From: Oculina patagonica
Lineage: Eukaryota
DNA: 64,000 bases
Direction of reading: 5' to 3'
NCBI RefSeq assembly: GCF_052425735.1
Contig: NC_135770.1
Span: 8,990,001 to 9,054,000, forward strand
Positions within the stretch are counted from its first letter, which is position 1; the number at the start of each line of letters is the position of its first letter. A program made the position numbers and the translations under genes. The notes beneath the pieces were generated by a model that saw only the letters and a list, made by a program, of their open reading frames with translations, ran no database searches and had not been told where the DNA came from. This document shows positions 1-14,300 of this stretch, one piece after another.

Positions 1-699
1 TTAGTGGCCATTTTCTTATGTCAGATTGTTCGTCCAGTGACCTTTGGCGAATGTAGTTGATGATACTGTTCAAAAATCCTTTAAATTTCTATTGAGATGG
101 AAATTAACTTTTGTTCGACAAATTATTTGCGATTTTTCTCAATTTTTCCTTTTTGGGAGCATAAAACAGTTTTGGCTCTATAAATCTAAAAATTGAAAAA
201 TACAACAGATTTCAATCACTTCGAGTGCTAGATGTATGTCATACTAGAAATAGCCTCATAATAAGTTTTCGGGTTTTAAATTAATTAATCTGGGAACGAC
301 CGGAAGTGTATCTCAAACTGCACGTAACCTCACCTTGCGCCGTTTCAAGGAATGTCACACTACACTTTCACATTGTGTGCTATTATCCATGCGAAAAGTT
401 AATTGATTGGATAAGACCATAGGATAAGACTGGATATTTTTAAAATATTCCTTTTTGCAGTTTTTGGAAAATGGTTTCTAATATTGATCTCACATAAGCG
501 TATCTTATTAGACATTTTATTGAGCGTATAGTACCGCCCGTGTATAATTTTACGAGACTTGTAGTATTTCGGCAAGCCCGTAGGACAAGTCAAAATACAA
601 AAAACAAGTACGTAAACATTAATACTGATACTATACACACTTAAATATCTAATAAGAGTTTTATTATCACTGAATATTTTTTCCGAACGCCAAACTTTC

Positions 700-1793
700 T
701 AGGGCTTTCCAAAAGTTGCTCGGCATTTTTTTGACAACTTTTCATATTTCAAGGAACTTTTTACCCTTTAAGCAACTGTTTTTTTCTTTCTTTCTAGACC
801 GGAGAACTCCGAAGATTGTCCGAGTGTTGTCCGAAGGCCATATGAACGTTTCCGAGGATTAACGAAGTTTGCCAAAGATTTTCGTGGAACATCCGAAGAG
901 GTTTCGACTTTTAAAACATCACAAAATTAGTCACCAAACATGACGTCATCGATATCGTCACGATTTTGCTCAGTGAAAGAAATCCTTGTAGTGCAAGAAA
1001 TTTTTGCCTTAAAATGTTACCGTATTTACTCGAATAAGCGCCGCCCCCGAATAAGCGCCGCCCTCGAATAAGCGCCGCATTTGGGACAAAAAAGATAATA
1101 AGCGCCGCCCCCGAATAAGCGCCGCAGTCCCGATGTGACGCTCATTTGAGAAATTCCGTTAAACTAGTAACAGCACTACAAAGCAACTCTAAAGCAAACT
1201 TGGACATTTTTTTCAAAACCAATGTTTTGCAGTTCAATGTTTATGTTTTACAGCTCGTCCATTAGTTCTTCTATCCAACATTCTTGCAATACGCAGCTCT
1301 GTAAATGTTGTGAAGGCCGTGAACTTTGCCAAGACAGCTAGCGCTACTTCTTTCTTCAGCAAGAGACGAAGACTGACAATCAAAGGACGCTATTTTCAAT
1401 TACTGTAAAAGATTAGATTCTTTATGGCGTCACAAATTTTAAATAAGCGCCGCCCTCAAATAAGCGCCGCCCTCGAATAAGCGCCGCACTTGAGGCGTGA
1501 AAAATTTAATAAGCGCCGCGGCGCTTATTCGAGTAAATACGGTATTTAGTTACTTCTGTTGCAGTGAAATTGCATGAAACTGCTTGGAAATCTTACATTC
1601 AAAGGGAAATTAGCACATATTTGGAGAAATTTTCTTGATAAAAAGCAGCGTTTTGGATTTTTGGGGGGCAACTTTCGAGCAACCTTTTTAATTAAAAGCA
1701 GCCTTTTGGGTTTTTGGAGCAATTTTTGAGCACCTTTTTCAGAAATGTCGAGCAACTTTTCGAATAATTTCGAGCAACTTGTGGAAAGCCCTT
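700..1793. mobile_element. Non-autonomous hAT-like element, carrying a nested MITE
   Basis: TIRs TAGGGCTTTCCAAAAGTTGC...GCAACTTGTGGAAAGCCCTT. 8-bp TSD AAACTTTC at 692-699 and 1794-1801. A second copy lies at 33436-34015. Confidence 0.8.
1020..1542. mobile_element. TA-flanked MITE (Tc1/mariner-pogo type)
   Basis: Perfect TIR CCGTATTTACTCGAATAAGCGCCGC, TA on both sides and repeated AATAAGCGCCGC subterminal motifs. The sister host element has the empty site (AAATGTTATTTAG, ~33771). Confidence 0.9.
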
Positions 1794-2089
1794 AAACTTT
1801 CAACTGAGTTATGCGTTGCGCCTGCTCAGGAGAACTAAGAGGGCAGCAACTGACCGGCATCTGATAAATCTGTTTCCTGCAGTACAAGTATCGTGTGACA
1901 ATTGCAACCTCGTTCCCAATTGTACTGTTTTCGCATGTTGTTTTTGCTCTTCTGAGTGGAGTTAGATAGAGCCAGGCGCATGAAATCTGTTAGCATCTCA
2001 TTCCCAGAGGCCGCGATTCTTTTACAATTGCTGTCAATAGAAAACGCGCGAGCTCTGGCCAGGGACGAGTGGATTGTTGCGGATCAGCT

Positions 2090-2385
2090 CATCCTCGTCC
2101 CCAAGCCCTTCGTTCTCTTGCCGGCTAGGCCAGACGAGACAAGGGCTGGGACGTAGGATTTTGAATTAATTCGAAATTTTTTGATTGCGTCAGAAAAAGA
2201 TCCTAAACGGAAGCAAAAACGTAACGACTCTCTCATACATTCTTTTGATTCATAGTGACTGCATAAATGAAGACCGAAAGTCCTAGAATCTAGGACTGGA
2301 AATCCTGTCACGGCCCCAGAGCCTTAATTTCCGTGCCAAGGCCCAGCCGGCTAAGAGAAACGAAAGGGCTATGGGGACGAGAATG
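2090..2385. mobile_element. MITE
   Basis: TIR CATCCTCGTCCCCA...TGGGGACGAGAATG. Flanking direct repeat GGATCAGCT / GGATCAGGT. Confidence 0.65.
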
Positions 2386-3722
2386 GGATCAGGTCCATTC
2401 GTTTTCGCCTTTTCAAAATCCGGAAGTGAAGTGAAAATGGCTACGAGGCTGCGGGTGGTCAACCAGACAAAGGCCAGGGACCAGCAAATTTAAAATGGCG
2501 TCCCACTACAACTAATTTACATGTGACAATTGTTACAGTTGTTATCGTTTATTATTGCTTTATTTCCCGATTTGATTTGAAGGGATATTTGTGTTTTGTC
2601 TTCAAAAAGCATCAGAAGCAATGACGTCATGGTAAAAAGGTAGGCTTTCTTTTTAGTTTGTCGCTTATTGTAAATTATTTCCTAATTTTAAATACTACGC
2701 TCTTTAAATTTTCGTTGGAAGACGTATTAACGAGTTCTGTAAGACAATGTTTACGAAAAAGTTTACTGGTAAATTATTTTCCAACGGTTTCTGATCATGA
2801 GTTATTTCTTTTTTAACGTTTACTTTGAGGAACTACTCAATGTCACGTGTTTGTACCCGCATTCGCTCAGCTCTAGGTTCATTTACTCGTTTTATTACGT
2901 ACACCACACAAAACACGAGAAAGCAATAATACTGTATATTCTTGACTACACTCTGAAATTTACGGAGTGTAGAAGGTTATGAAGGAAGTCTAAAGGGAAA
3001 CCGTTTGCTTATAAGTCTTAAAATATTTGGTTGACTCGTTACAGTAATTCAGATGACACCGCTAGAAATTTTTCAAAAACTTGTTGCTAGCTAGCAGTAA
3101 CTGTGTGAAAGACGTCCGGCCGCGGTTCTGTGTATGAACAGAAATAATCTGTTTAAGTAGGTGTCAATGTTTTTAACAATTGCGTGCTTATTGTGGAAAC
3201 TGTATACGTTCTGCAACACAATAGTGTAAACTGGACACAAACTTGATAAGATCAACTGGTTGCAAGCTGACTGGTTGACTTTTAGCGTCGCCAGGGAAGG
3301 GTCTGAGTTTAGGCCCAACCGAGGGATTTGGTTTAGATTATTTGCTAACTACATACCGTCAAAAAGGGATAAAGTGAAAATAAAAAACATCGGGCCCACC
3401 ATTAACCAAAGGATGCATAACGCTATCCAATATAATCACTATCCAGTGGATAGCGCAGGAGTATGCAACGACTGTTTCAGAGAAAAATTATCCCACTATG
3501 TCGGCTACACTTTAACTTAGAGCCAGCAAAGTTAAAAATAGCAAAAGAAATACAAAGCCAGCCAGTGTGAAGAAACTTTTCCCATCTTGCCAGCAATCGG
3601 TCGCGTGTACAAGTTCTAAGTTCTTCTGACAGCGTGGCTTCCTCGTTATCTATCATTTTAACAACTTGGCCCTGAAACTGATCTTAATGTTGTTTCTTTT
3701 CTAATGACAGCAAGCTACTAGT

Positions 3723-6700
3723 ATGGCCCTTTCTCCAAAGCAAACAACACTATTACTGTCCTTGGTTTTCTACTTGTACGGAAACTCGACATTGGGACAA
3801 GACACCTACCAACAGTTTGAGAAGAACTGGTGCCGAGAGCGCATGCTGCGAACAGATTGGCAAACGTACACACACTCGTGCCCAAGCTACGCGCGACATT
3901 GGGCATTCGAGGTATGGTCTGACGACTTCAAGACCCACCCGAACCTGAGTTATATATCAGGCGCGGAAATCAATCCCGCGGGACATTTCAGTAAGGTTTA
4001 TATTCAGTCAGTGACAGTTTTGAATCACACAAAGACGTTTGGCGGAGATGCGTGGCGCGTGAGAGTGAACGGCCGGGCGGATCTTACAGCAACCGTACAC
4101 GACATGGAAAATGGGACTTATCAGGCCGTGTTTCTTCCCATGGAGCCTGGGACCTATTCGCTGCATATTGTATTGGACTACACGTTATGTCACGGGCTTA
4201 AAAATCCACCACCTGATTGGTTTAGGAAAGGTGAGATCGTGTGCCAAAATTGTCAAGTCCATCTAATGAAATGATGTCAACATAGAAATTGTTCATATCG
4301 TCTTCGCGATTTTATGTAGGACTATCTGGGAAGTTTTAATTAGTTATACAGTTTTCCCTCGACTTTTACTAGTAACAAGCTTAGGGACAGTTCATTTTTA
4401 TGAGGTAGGAGGGGCTGGTGGGATTGACGGGGGGGTCATCCAAAAAAATTCGCTCAAAGGGGGGGCCAGCCAAAAAAATATGTCTTAAGGGGTCACATTA
4501 GTGTTAAAGAGGCAGAGTAAAAAAGTCTCAAGAAGCCAAAATGGATTCGAGTCTGAAAACCGGGGAGCAAGCCCCGGACCCCCCTACTTGTTATGTACCA
4601 AACGCATAAATCCCCAATATTGTACAAATACAGTCAACACAACTAACAGACGGCATCCGCAAAGTTAGGCAATGCCAGCTATTTGGGGATGTGGTTTTTG
4701 TACAGTGATACATTCTTAGTCACAAGGCTCGATATATTTTAATTTTACTTCATAATTGTTTTCTTTTTTTTTGGGGGGGGGGGGGTCATCGAAAAAAATT
4801 GGATTTCGAGGGGGGGCCAGGTAAAATTTCGGGAGAAGGGGGGGCCATATATATAACAGTGACTATCTATCAAATCCCACCAGCCCCCCCCCTACCCCAT
4901 AAAAAAAGAACGGTCCCTTATTAAGCGTGCAAACAATAAAATGAAATGTTCATATTCACGAGGGGAAAAGTTGGTCCCCGATGGGAATCGAACCCATGGC
5001 CTCCCAGATACCGGGAGCCTCGACGTAGATGTGGGAGTGGCAGTAGTGAGCGTCCTACTGCATGGTCAATTTTCATGTTTATTATTTAACCGTGCTTGAA
5101 TTTTGCACTTGGAAGAAGTTACTGTTCACTTGTGCATAACTAATGGCGACAAAAAACTTATATAAAAGTTTTGTTTTCTAATTACTTTCTGTGTCGTTTT
5201 CCTAGGCTGTCGCCACGGATCGTTTCAAAGCCCAGGAACGTTAACAACATCAGATGACTATATTGACAGACCATTGTATTATGGTGCATATTTTACAATA
5301 AAAGTTCCACCTACAGTTCCACAGGACGCTCAATGTAAGTGAGAGTCATATCGAGTATTCCTGTGCACTAACAGCTTGGACAGCTGAGCATGGTTTGGAA
5401 TAAATAATAAATGAATTCAACATTTCCTTCAGTAGTGGTGCCTGAAAGCTGTGCGTCTTCTTTGAAGTGACGTACCAAACGTAACTTCTTAATTTGTTTC
5501 CAATTTGGTTCCCCTGACATGGCATTTTCTATACAAGAGTACGATTCAGCTCTGTCAGTTCATTTGTAAAAAATTGGCCTAGCAATTAATACCTTGCGAA
5601 ATTGCGCAGAATATCTCCTGACCTTTAGCTGACGAGGCCTTTGGCCAAGTTTACTAAAATCAAACGAGTGCAGTATTGCTGGAAATGGCTTTATTTGTTA
5701 AAATTGTGGATGAATAAGTGTTTACATGGTGTTCTATGACTATGATTTTCTCCAGATTTAGATTCTTTATTTAACACAAGTACCCAGTGGTGTAACGAAG
5801 GATGTAACTTGCTCTGGGATGGTTTTGGGAGATGGGTCAATAACAACTGGCTGCAGTATAAATCTAGTAAGTCAGAGTACTATTTCATTTTCTTGTCATT
5901 ATTACTTGTCCGTTTTCTTGACGTGAAGAATTAGGCTGCGAGCCCTCCGTTTCCAAACTGATCTATTTTCCGCTGCCGTCGCTTCCTCTGTCCAGGTTTT
6001 TAGACCTCTAGCCTTGAGTTTTCTTTCAACAGTTCTCCTTTAAGTTTCTCTCAGTCGACCCCGTTTAATCTTGCCTTCTGGTACCCATGTGAGAGCTGTG
6101 CGTGGATGAGAGAAGTGTTCCATTCTAAGGATTTTAATAGCCCATTAGTGTATCTCCTATCCTTGAGAAAAAACATAAACCTTTTTTTAAAACGTTCTTG
6201 GTTTTTTTATTCTGAATAAACAGGGCCGTAACCAGACCTTTAGCACAGTCGGAGGCAAAATCTTGCTAGAAGGGCAGGTTCTTTTTTCTGGGGCATGCCC
6301 TCCAGGAAATTTGGAGAACTACTCCGTCGAATCTCGGGTGATGACTACTGTTTTTAACAGTTTTCATACGTTTAGGTATACCTTTCTTGAGAAGAAAAAA
6401 ATAAATCTTGTTTTCAACGTTCTGGTAATTATTTTCTTCCCAATAAACAAGTATATTTTCGTGCACTTAAATTTTGGGTTCCACAACTCTGAAGACGAGA
6501 GTGAGGCTCGCCTCTTAGCTAGTTACGGTCCTGATAAACAACGTCTACAGATGACGTAGATCTACAGAAATCCGTGTAGCGTCTCTGATTGGTTGTTGCT
6601 CGGTTTTGAATTTTTGGCGCGCAAGTAACAACCAATCAGAGACGCTACATTGATCTCTGTAGAGCTATGTCATCAGTATGGAATTTTTCAAGTCGAATGT

Positions 6701-8793
6701 TAAATCAATGTCTTTCACAGATGATTACAGTTACCCGCGGTCAGGCCATAGGCAGGGGTCTGGTGTCCTTTGGATTTACGGCGACTCGCACAATCGACGG
6801 TTCTTCGAATCTCTTCAAGGACGGCAGCTATGCACTCGTGTATTCAGGGCGTGTTATCACACTGATGTGTGGGTCTACTGGTTAGATGCGGTGATCTCAA
6901 ACGAGATTGACCTCAGGTATTAGAATTATTATTAACTGCCTTTTTTAAAAAAAAAATATCTAAATTTCCTTTAAGTTCATTAGGAACTAAAGGGACTGTG
7001 TCACGGCTGAGTGAAGTTTATTTTATTTAGTTTTGCCAAATACTGTACTCGCTATGAACCTAATGTTTGCAAAGGAATAAAAATGGCTAACGTGTTACAT
7101 CGTTGTTGCCACCCATAGAAGAGATCCTTTGGGAGAATCGTCGTCATACTCCATGCGCTCAGTTACGTGTGACTTGCACATTGTAACCTCAAAGGAACTT
7201 CACTGGTCTGAATTTGGCAACAACTGTACACGCGTTAGCCGAATTTTGTCTATTATACTTGCATGGATCTAAATGACAAAACCATAGCTTCAATGAAACC
7301 AAATTTGTCTCCCGGGCGTTATAATTTAAAGTTAAAAGCAAACAAGATTTACTCCGAAAACTGTTCAGACTAATAGTATTTCTGTAACCCATATCGCACT
7401 CCGTTTAAATCTTCGTCACTTTTGGGCATCCGTACGTTCTTTTGTATTTGGTCTGTTATTGAAATGTTCCTTCACTGTTTTACAAGGTTATTTTTATATT
7501 CAACTGAATTTGATGGTCATTTTCCCATGCCTAAATTTAGCTAAAACCCGTGATACAGTCCTTTTAATGACTCGATCGGTTGTTGGTGTTTTTGTTTGCA
7601 GTCACGGAGGTAATGATATTAACATAACACGAATATTGGAAGAGCTCCGACAAGTCGTGACTCAGCCTTTAATGGACCAAGACAGCGCTTTGGTGCTAAA
7701 CGCTGGGGTTCACCTGTTAAAGAGCACAAGCTTTAGAAATTATCAGAAGATCATCAAAGGTTTTGTTCGACTTTTAAGGGATAATTACCGAGGAAAGGTG
7801 GTATGGAAGACAATACCCTCCCTCGGCAAACAGACCGAGTTGTACACTGGTTGTTCCCGACGCTTTCACACTGAACAGGTAATGAAAACTGGTAAAGTTA
7901 GTAAAAACTAGTATAACTAGTAAAGCTAGTTATAATTTCATTTAGGGAACACGAGACAAAACAAAATGAACCAATCGGGACTCGATACAAAGCTACAGAA
8001 CCGGTACCAAGCGCGGGAAAACACGAAACCGGTGCCAAGCTCAGAAAAAAACACAACTGGCACAAATAAAAGAGCGGGAAGAACTGCAACCGGCGCGGTG
8101 CCAAGCGCGGGAACCATGCGACCGGTGCTAAGCGCGAGAAAACATGCAACCGGTGTCAAGTGCGGGAAACATGTAACTGTCACAAAGAGCGGGAAAAATT
8201 GCAACCGGCGCGGTGCCAGCGGGGAAAGGACGGTAAGGGGAAAAGAGGAAAAAAAGCGCGAAAAAAACGCAACCGGTGTCAAGCTCGGGAAACACACAAC
8301 TGACACAAAGAGCGGGAAAACCTGCAACCGGCGCGGCGCCTAGCGCGGGAGACATGCAACCGGTGTTGAGCGCAGAAAAACATGCAACCGGTGTCAAGCG
8401 CGGGAAATATGCAACCGGTGCAGAGAGCGGGAAAAACTGCAATCGGTGTCAAGTGCGGCAACCATGCAACGGGTGACAAGGGGGGGGGGGGGGGCAAAAC
8501 ATGCAACCGGCGCCGAGCTCGGCAAAATCCCCTCCCTTTTCTTCTTTTTCCCCTCTTCTCCTTTACCAAACGCTAGACTCTCAACTTCATGCTTACTGTT
8601 TTTTTTTTCTTTGCAGAGAATCAAATTGTTCAACGCCTATGCATTGAAGAAAATGTGTGAAGCTGGTATCCCTGTGCTGGACGTGTATCAAATCAGTGCG
8701 GCATACCCCCAAGGCACTATTGACGACATTCATTATCCACACTCTGTGTTCTACCCGGCAGAGGACGCCCTGGAGAGATACTTTACCACGTAA
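3723..8793 (+). CDS. NXPE-family-like SGNH acyltransferase/esterase, paralogue 1 (~465 aa, 6 coding exons)
   Basis: Exons 3723-4230, 5206-5334, 5756-5866, 6721-6916, 7602-7878 and 8617-8793 all have GT-AG borders and join in frame (1398 nt). The protein has an N-terminal hydrophobic segment, an Ig-like region (FGGDAW..D.ENGTY), a GDS motif (IYGDSH) and DxxH (DDIHY). Confidence 0.8.
4384..4917. mobile_element. PIF/Harbinger-like MITE
   Basis: TIR GGGACAGTTC...GAACGGTCCC with internal inverted GGGGCTGGTGGGATT. 3-bp TTA on both sides. Confidence 0.7.
6556..6668. repeat. Short foldback element / MITE core
   Basis: TGTAGCGTCTCTGATTGGTTGTT pairs with AACAACCAATCAGAGACGCTACA. Confidence 0.7.
7995..8527. 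repeat. Intronic minisatellite, ~28-30-bp unit
   Basis: Degenerate tandem copies of GCGCGGGAAAACATGCAACCGGTGYCAA in the last intron of paralogue 1. Confidence 0.9.
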
Positions 8794-9511
8794 CCTCTGT
8801 CGCGTTGCCATTCTAATGGCCAATAATACTTGACTGTAAAACAGGGCTCGACAGTTTCAAACATTGCGTTTATAACTGCTGATTCATCGTTTTCGACGAC
8901 GTTTTAGGAAAGGTTAAAAACATTATAGTTCTGCAAGTCCAACACCTATGCAACTATAGCGAAAAATCTCTTAAGCATGCCCTCTAATTTCAGCCCTCAA
9001 ATTCCTCCAACACCCCCCCCCCCCCGACCCTCCTCCAACCCTCTACAAGACGGCAAACGAATACAACTTGCATTGTAAACAGGGTATTCATCAACTGCAT
9101 TTTTTTGTTAATTTTTGGAAGAGATGTGTTATTAAACAAAAATAAACATTAGACAGTTTATTACATCTTATATAGCTTACATCTATTACTTTTCATGTGC
9201 TTAGCTGATTCATTAATTTCTGTAGTGCTATAAAAACTAGCTGATTCATTAATTTCGCTTTCTTCTCGCGCGAAAGTGAAACAGAAAAAAAAAGAATAAT
9301 TACTGTAATCTTCTTTTATTGCGCAGCTCAAATGATATTCAGTGGCTTTAGCTAATAATTTTGCAGTGCTGTATTCTTATTTTAGAACAACGTTATTTTA
9401 TCGCCTGGCAAAGATTTTGCCTTCAGCTTTACCTGGTACACACAAAAAGAGGTTTGCTTAACTTTTACATAGATTCGTTCACCTCTAAAACCCTTCGTTG
9501 ACTGTAGAGTC

Positions 9512-9953
9512 TATACCTGCCAACTCTCACGCCTTGGGCATGAGTCTCAAGCCTTCGAGTTGAAAACTTCGATCTCACGCCAACTCACGCTTACCAACCA
9601 ATTTCTCACGCCTAGTCGAAAAATGTGAGTTTTTGCAACCAAAAACGACACATTTTGGAAAAAAAAATGTAATCTCAAACCAGTGTGAGAAAATAAAACT
9701 CCATGTAAAATGAGTTAATGGCGATACCTTCCCCGAAATGACAGAGTTTTGACGAAAAAAAGCATTGGGAACGAGGTCGTGTTTAGCAAAACATGTCCAC
9801 GTACTGGGATCGGTCCGGAGATGTTCGGAACGTCTTCGGAATATTTTGGACGTCTTCGGAAAACTTCGGACATTGTGGTATCGTCTTCGGAAATCCTGGC
9901 ACTCTCAGGATAAAAATCTCACGCCTTTGACCCAGGAAAAGTTGGCAGGTATA
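9512..9953. mobile_element. MITE with 6-bp TSD
   Basis: TIR TATACCTGCCAACT...AGTTGGCAGGTATA. AGAGTC at 9506-9511 and 9954-9959. Repeated TCTCACGCC motifs inside. Confidence 0.75.
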
Positions 9954-10009
9954 AGAGTCTGTGTTGCTCCCGTATTAGCAGAGCTCAGTTAACTCCTTTT
10001 TACGTGATA

Positions 10010-10190
10010 AGTAGTATTTCTACTACTTTCCCCTGGATGAAATGCTAGTCCCCGCAGGGTTACCCCCAGCGTTTAACTATAATTACACCTGGTTTGTCCA
10101 AGACAGAAACACGATGACCCCACCCAGGGCTCGACCCGAACAGTTAAATCCCGAGTCCAGACATGTACTGACCATTAGGACACTGCTTGA
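10010..10190 (-). mobile_element. Degenerate tRNA-derived SINE
   Basis: Shares GCAGGGTTACCCCC and AGGGCTC.ACC.G.AC blocks with the copy at 62270-62560 and is the reverse complement of the SINE at ~13905. Confidence 0.55.
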
Positions 10191-11362
10191 GTTACAAATG
10201 GTTTGAATAAGTGTTTTATTATAACAAAAACTCGCCTAGAGAAACAAAGCGAGACTAATGAATACCTGCGCTAGCAGCTTGACCTGTTTCATGACACCAT
10301 TTTACATGTGTGGCAATTGTTCAAGCGAGCCATGCATGAAAAATGAATAACACGAGATAGAATCACAAGTTCACGCCTTCCAGAAACGAGCCACTCAAAA
10401 CGGAATTCAAAGGAAATAATTGTGAAGATCTTTGAAGCGACAGTTGTAAGTACGTTCTATTATTTTATACGTAAAAACAACAGAAACCATGAAAATTGTC
10501 TTTCTTGAGGTCTCAAAACATAATGTTGCTATGAATATTTGAATACAACATCGTTTCGGCGTAGCAAATGTGAAAAACAATATTGTCGTACTGAAGAATA
10601 CAACATTAGTCAACCAGAACATAAAATGGAGACTCATGTCAAACCATTTACTTAGAAAGCTTTCACCGTTTTCGGCCCCAAGCTGAAAATTTTAATACTC
10701 CTTCCAGATTGCTATATTCTTCTCTTAATACACGTTTTAAAAATTTGGATTTACATCTTGACCCTATCACTTAGTTGATGGCCATCACCTGTTTGAGGTT
10801 TGTGGACAAGCTATTGATATAAATAGAATAGAATAACGAGAATGTAGACAAAACAAGAAAACAATGATAAATTTTTAAGGCATGCATAAGAGTTGTCAGA
10901 GTGAGGACCTCGATTTAGAAGCGAAAGGCACAATAAGTGTCAGTCCTGAGGCCCCAGTCCTGCACAGTTTAATGTGACAAATATGGTCTTACTGTATCAA
11001 GATCGAACAACAAACACAGTGTGGAAACCATTATTACTGTGCCGGTTAACCTGTCAAATGGTTGACAATAACCAAAGGTCGGGCATGAAGGGTTTCTTTT
11101 AGGGGAAAATGTGTAACCTGGGTTGAACTCGGTGAATCCTAAAACAGTGTGACCATGTTGATGTACTTGGAAAAGTATGTGATTAAATTTATTATCTTTT
11201 CAATTTCATCTACAGAGTTTCCCCAGGAACTGGAATCTGTGTCAGAACAAGAAAGGGGATCTTAAATCTTCTGCAATCAGCACCTTTAATGTCTCCGCGG
11301 CCTTAATTAACATAAACCAGTTTTAAGGAACTTTGAAATGTCTGTTCTACTGGCATTTTGCA

Positions 11363-14300
11363 ATGACTTCCCTGTCAATAATTACTCTTATCTATTTTAT
11401 TTTGTGTTCGGAAGCTAAAAAATCCTTCGAAAATGAAAGGTTGAACTACAGAAAAAATGTCGTGGATTTCAAGCTGGCCTGGTGCCAAACGCGCTTGCAC
11501 AGATACGACTGGAAAGACGTGATTGGTCATTGCTTAAAGGACGTGCCGTGGGGCGCAGCACCGCTGGACGGGAAGTTTCAAACGCGGGCTAGCAAAAGCT
11601 ATGTCAAACACATCGACATTAAACCTGCGGGATTCTTTAGCAAGATTTATATTCAGTCTGTTTCGGTGGATAACCTTAATAAGACTTTTGGAGGAGACTC
11701 CTGGCGGGTAGACATTCATGGCCCGTCTAATGTGGCCGCTACAGTATACGACAAAAACAATGGATTGTACGAGGCTGTGTTTCTAATAGAGGAGTCTGGG
11801 CTCTATACGGCAGAAATCGTCCTGGATTATTCGTTGTGCGAGGGATTCAAAGATCCACCTTTAGACTGGTTCATCAGAGGTAATACAAGCGAAAATCGTG
11901 CGTTATATTTTTTCTGTATGTAAAACTTTATTTGTTTTATGAACTCAATATGGCTATCTCTCTCCCCAGGCTGTCGTCACGGTTCATTTCAGCCTCAGGG
12001 GAGCCTGGGTAACAGGAATCACGATTTCTTGCAGGAGCCTCTGGGAGGAGGAAGAATCACGTTTACTGTTCCTACGTCATCAGTGATGATAGCTAAGGGT
12101 GAGATTACATCTTGATGCTTCAACATAAAGTATCACTATGTAACCAAATAACTGTCGAAAAAGTCCAGTATCTATTAGGCCTTTCTCGATTATGCTAGCA
12201 TTTTTTTCGGCATTTTTGGGGAAAACGAGCATTTTTTTCGTGTTTTCTTCAAAAAAGAATTGCTAGCATTTTCTGTCACTTTTCAAGACTGTGATCCAGA
12301 TTTTCAGCACTCAGAACTCAGAAGGATAAATAATCCTAAAGTTTCACAATTTTGATTACATATTTATTGTTTTCTGTCTGTTTCGACTGTTTTATGCGTT
12401 TGTTATTTGTATTGTGTTGTGTTACTTTGTGTGTGTTTTTTTATTTTTTATTTTTTTTATAAACAAACAATTATTAAGTATCACCTGTTGTTGATATGAG
12501 CATATAATGTGAAAGTTTGTACGTTTTTTTGAAATAAAATAAAGCATTTTTGGAAATCAAGTGGCATTTTTTAAGAAAATCAGGCATTATTTTAGCATTT
12601 TTTTGGCTTTATGCGAGAATTTCTAGTAGCATGCCAGTTTTACTAGCATAATCGAGAAAGGCCTAGTATCTATGCATCTACTTTAGTTATTTATTTACGT
12701 TTGACCCTCGGCTTAGCCGAAATTTTCATAGCAAAACAACTGCTTGCAATTGGCTTCTAATGTTTGGAAATATGTTGGTCTCAAAGTTCACTTCGCTTCT
12801 GGGAACAGAATCTGTCTAGAGAGAAGTGTCTGTGCATACTTTTTTTGCACCATCCGGACTTTTATAAATAACATTTCACATGTGAGCTTTGGCTATTGTT
12901 AACCACGTATAAAAGTTTAAACATAACCGAATGTACCAATGTTTTTATCTGTATGTTGTTTAGAACTCAACGCTTTCAAAGCAGTAAGCCAAACTGCCTG
13001 CCGGGAGAAGTGTAACCTGTTGGTAGATGGATACGGAGCCTGGGTAGGAGAGCAATGGCGGCCATATCAAACAGGTAATAACAACACGAGAAAAATAACT
13101 AACAAAGTCACCAACCTCATTTCCAGGTCTACTCCGTTCCAAGATGGCCGCTGGCCGCCATTTTGAAAACTCGTCGCCGAGATGACCCCGAGGACGAGGT
13201 TGGTACGTCACAAGTTGGTGAATGACTGCTCCACCAAAACCAAGAAAAATACAAGTTTAGCAAAACAAGTGTTAAGACTTAAGAGACTTTGCTTTTCTTT
13301 CTCTAACCAGGTTCTTCCATTAGCCTCGGTAGATCCGGACATCAACAAGGCCGCGGTGTATTATGGGTTTACGGCGACTCTCTTAACCGCTACTTCTACG
13401 AGTCTATCCTGAAACGACCTCTATGTTGGCAAGTGTTCCGCGCCTGTTATCACACAATGCTGTGGGTGTATGTATTAACACAGTCCGCTAAAAACGAAAT
13501 GAATTTGATGTTTGGACGGAAACCCATCAACATTCCCAGGATCCTTTACGAACTGCAGAGCGTTGTCACGCGCTCTGATATGGACCAGGACAGCGCGCTG
13601 ATCCTGAACGCGGGCGTGCATCTACTGAAGAGCGCTAGTTTTTACAATTATCAAAAAGTGATCAATGGATTTATTAGCGTGCTGAAGCGATATTACCGAG
13701 GAACGGTTATCTGGAAGAGTACCACTGCAATCCACGATCAGAGAGAGTTGTACAGCGGCTGCTTCAGGCGATTTCACACGGAGCAGGTGAGATTAGATTA
13801 ATCGTAGATTGTTTTTCAGGTAAGCGCAATGATTGGTGAGTAGGATGCGCTTACAGTGAAATCCCGATTCACATGGCAACCAAATGATTCGCAACCCTTA
13901 ATTTGGGGAGGGTGGTGGTGAAATGGCTGTCGCGATCCGCATCGAGATGTCCCGGTTTGAGCCCTGGCCGGGGACTTTGTGTTGTGCTCTTGCGCAAGAC
14001 ACTTGACTCTTACCGTACAGGTGCCTCTCTTCACCCAGCAGTACCAGTGGCATGCAATAACTTGCATCCATTCTACTGCTATGAGGGCTATACATTACAA
14101 AACCCCAAATCGGTTCATGCTGCAAAAGTCTGAGTTAATCCCCGGCAGCGATGACAAAGCTATCGATTTGGCTCCCCCTTTCGAATACAAATATTCCTCC
14201 GAGATAAGAAAAGCCTGTAATTTCAGTACCTGCGTGATTTGAGAGCCAGAAACAGTCTGATATGCTAACTTTTTGCGGACACAATTTCGATCAGACATTC

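Noticed and set aside
4971-5015. tRNA-like sequence (GGGAATCGAACCC), and a similar head at ~34440
   Set aside because: Only partial A/B-box remnants with no full cloverleaf, so these are SINE fragments.
7898-8633. Many overlapping ORFs on both strands and a CRISPR-like periodicity
   Set aside because: These come from an intronic minisatellite. Units are adjacent and degenerate with no unique spacers, and there are no cas genes.
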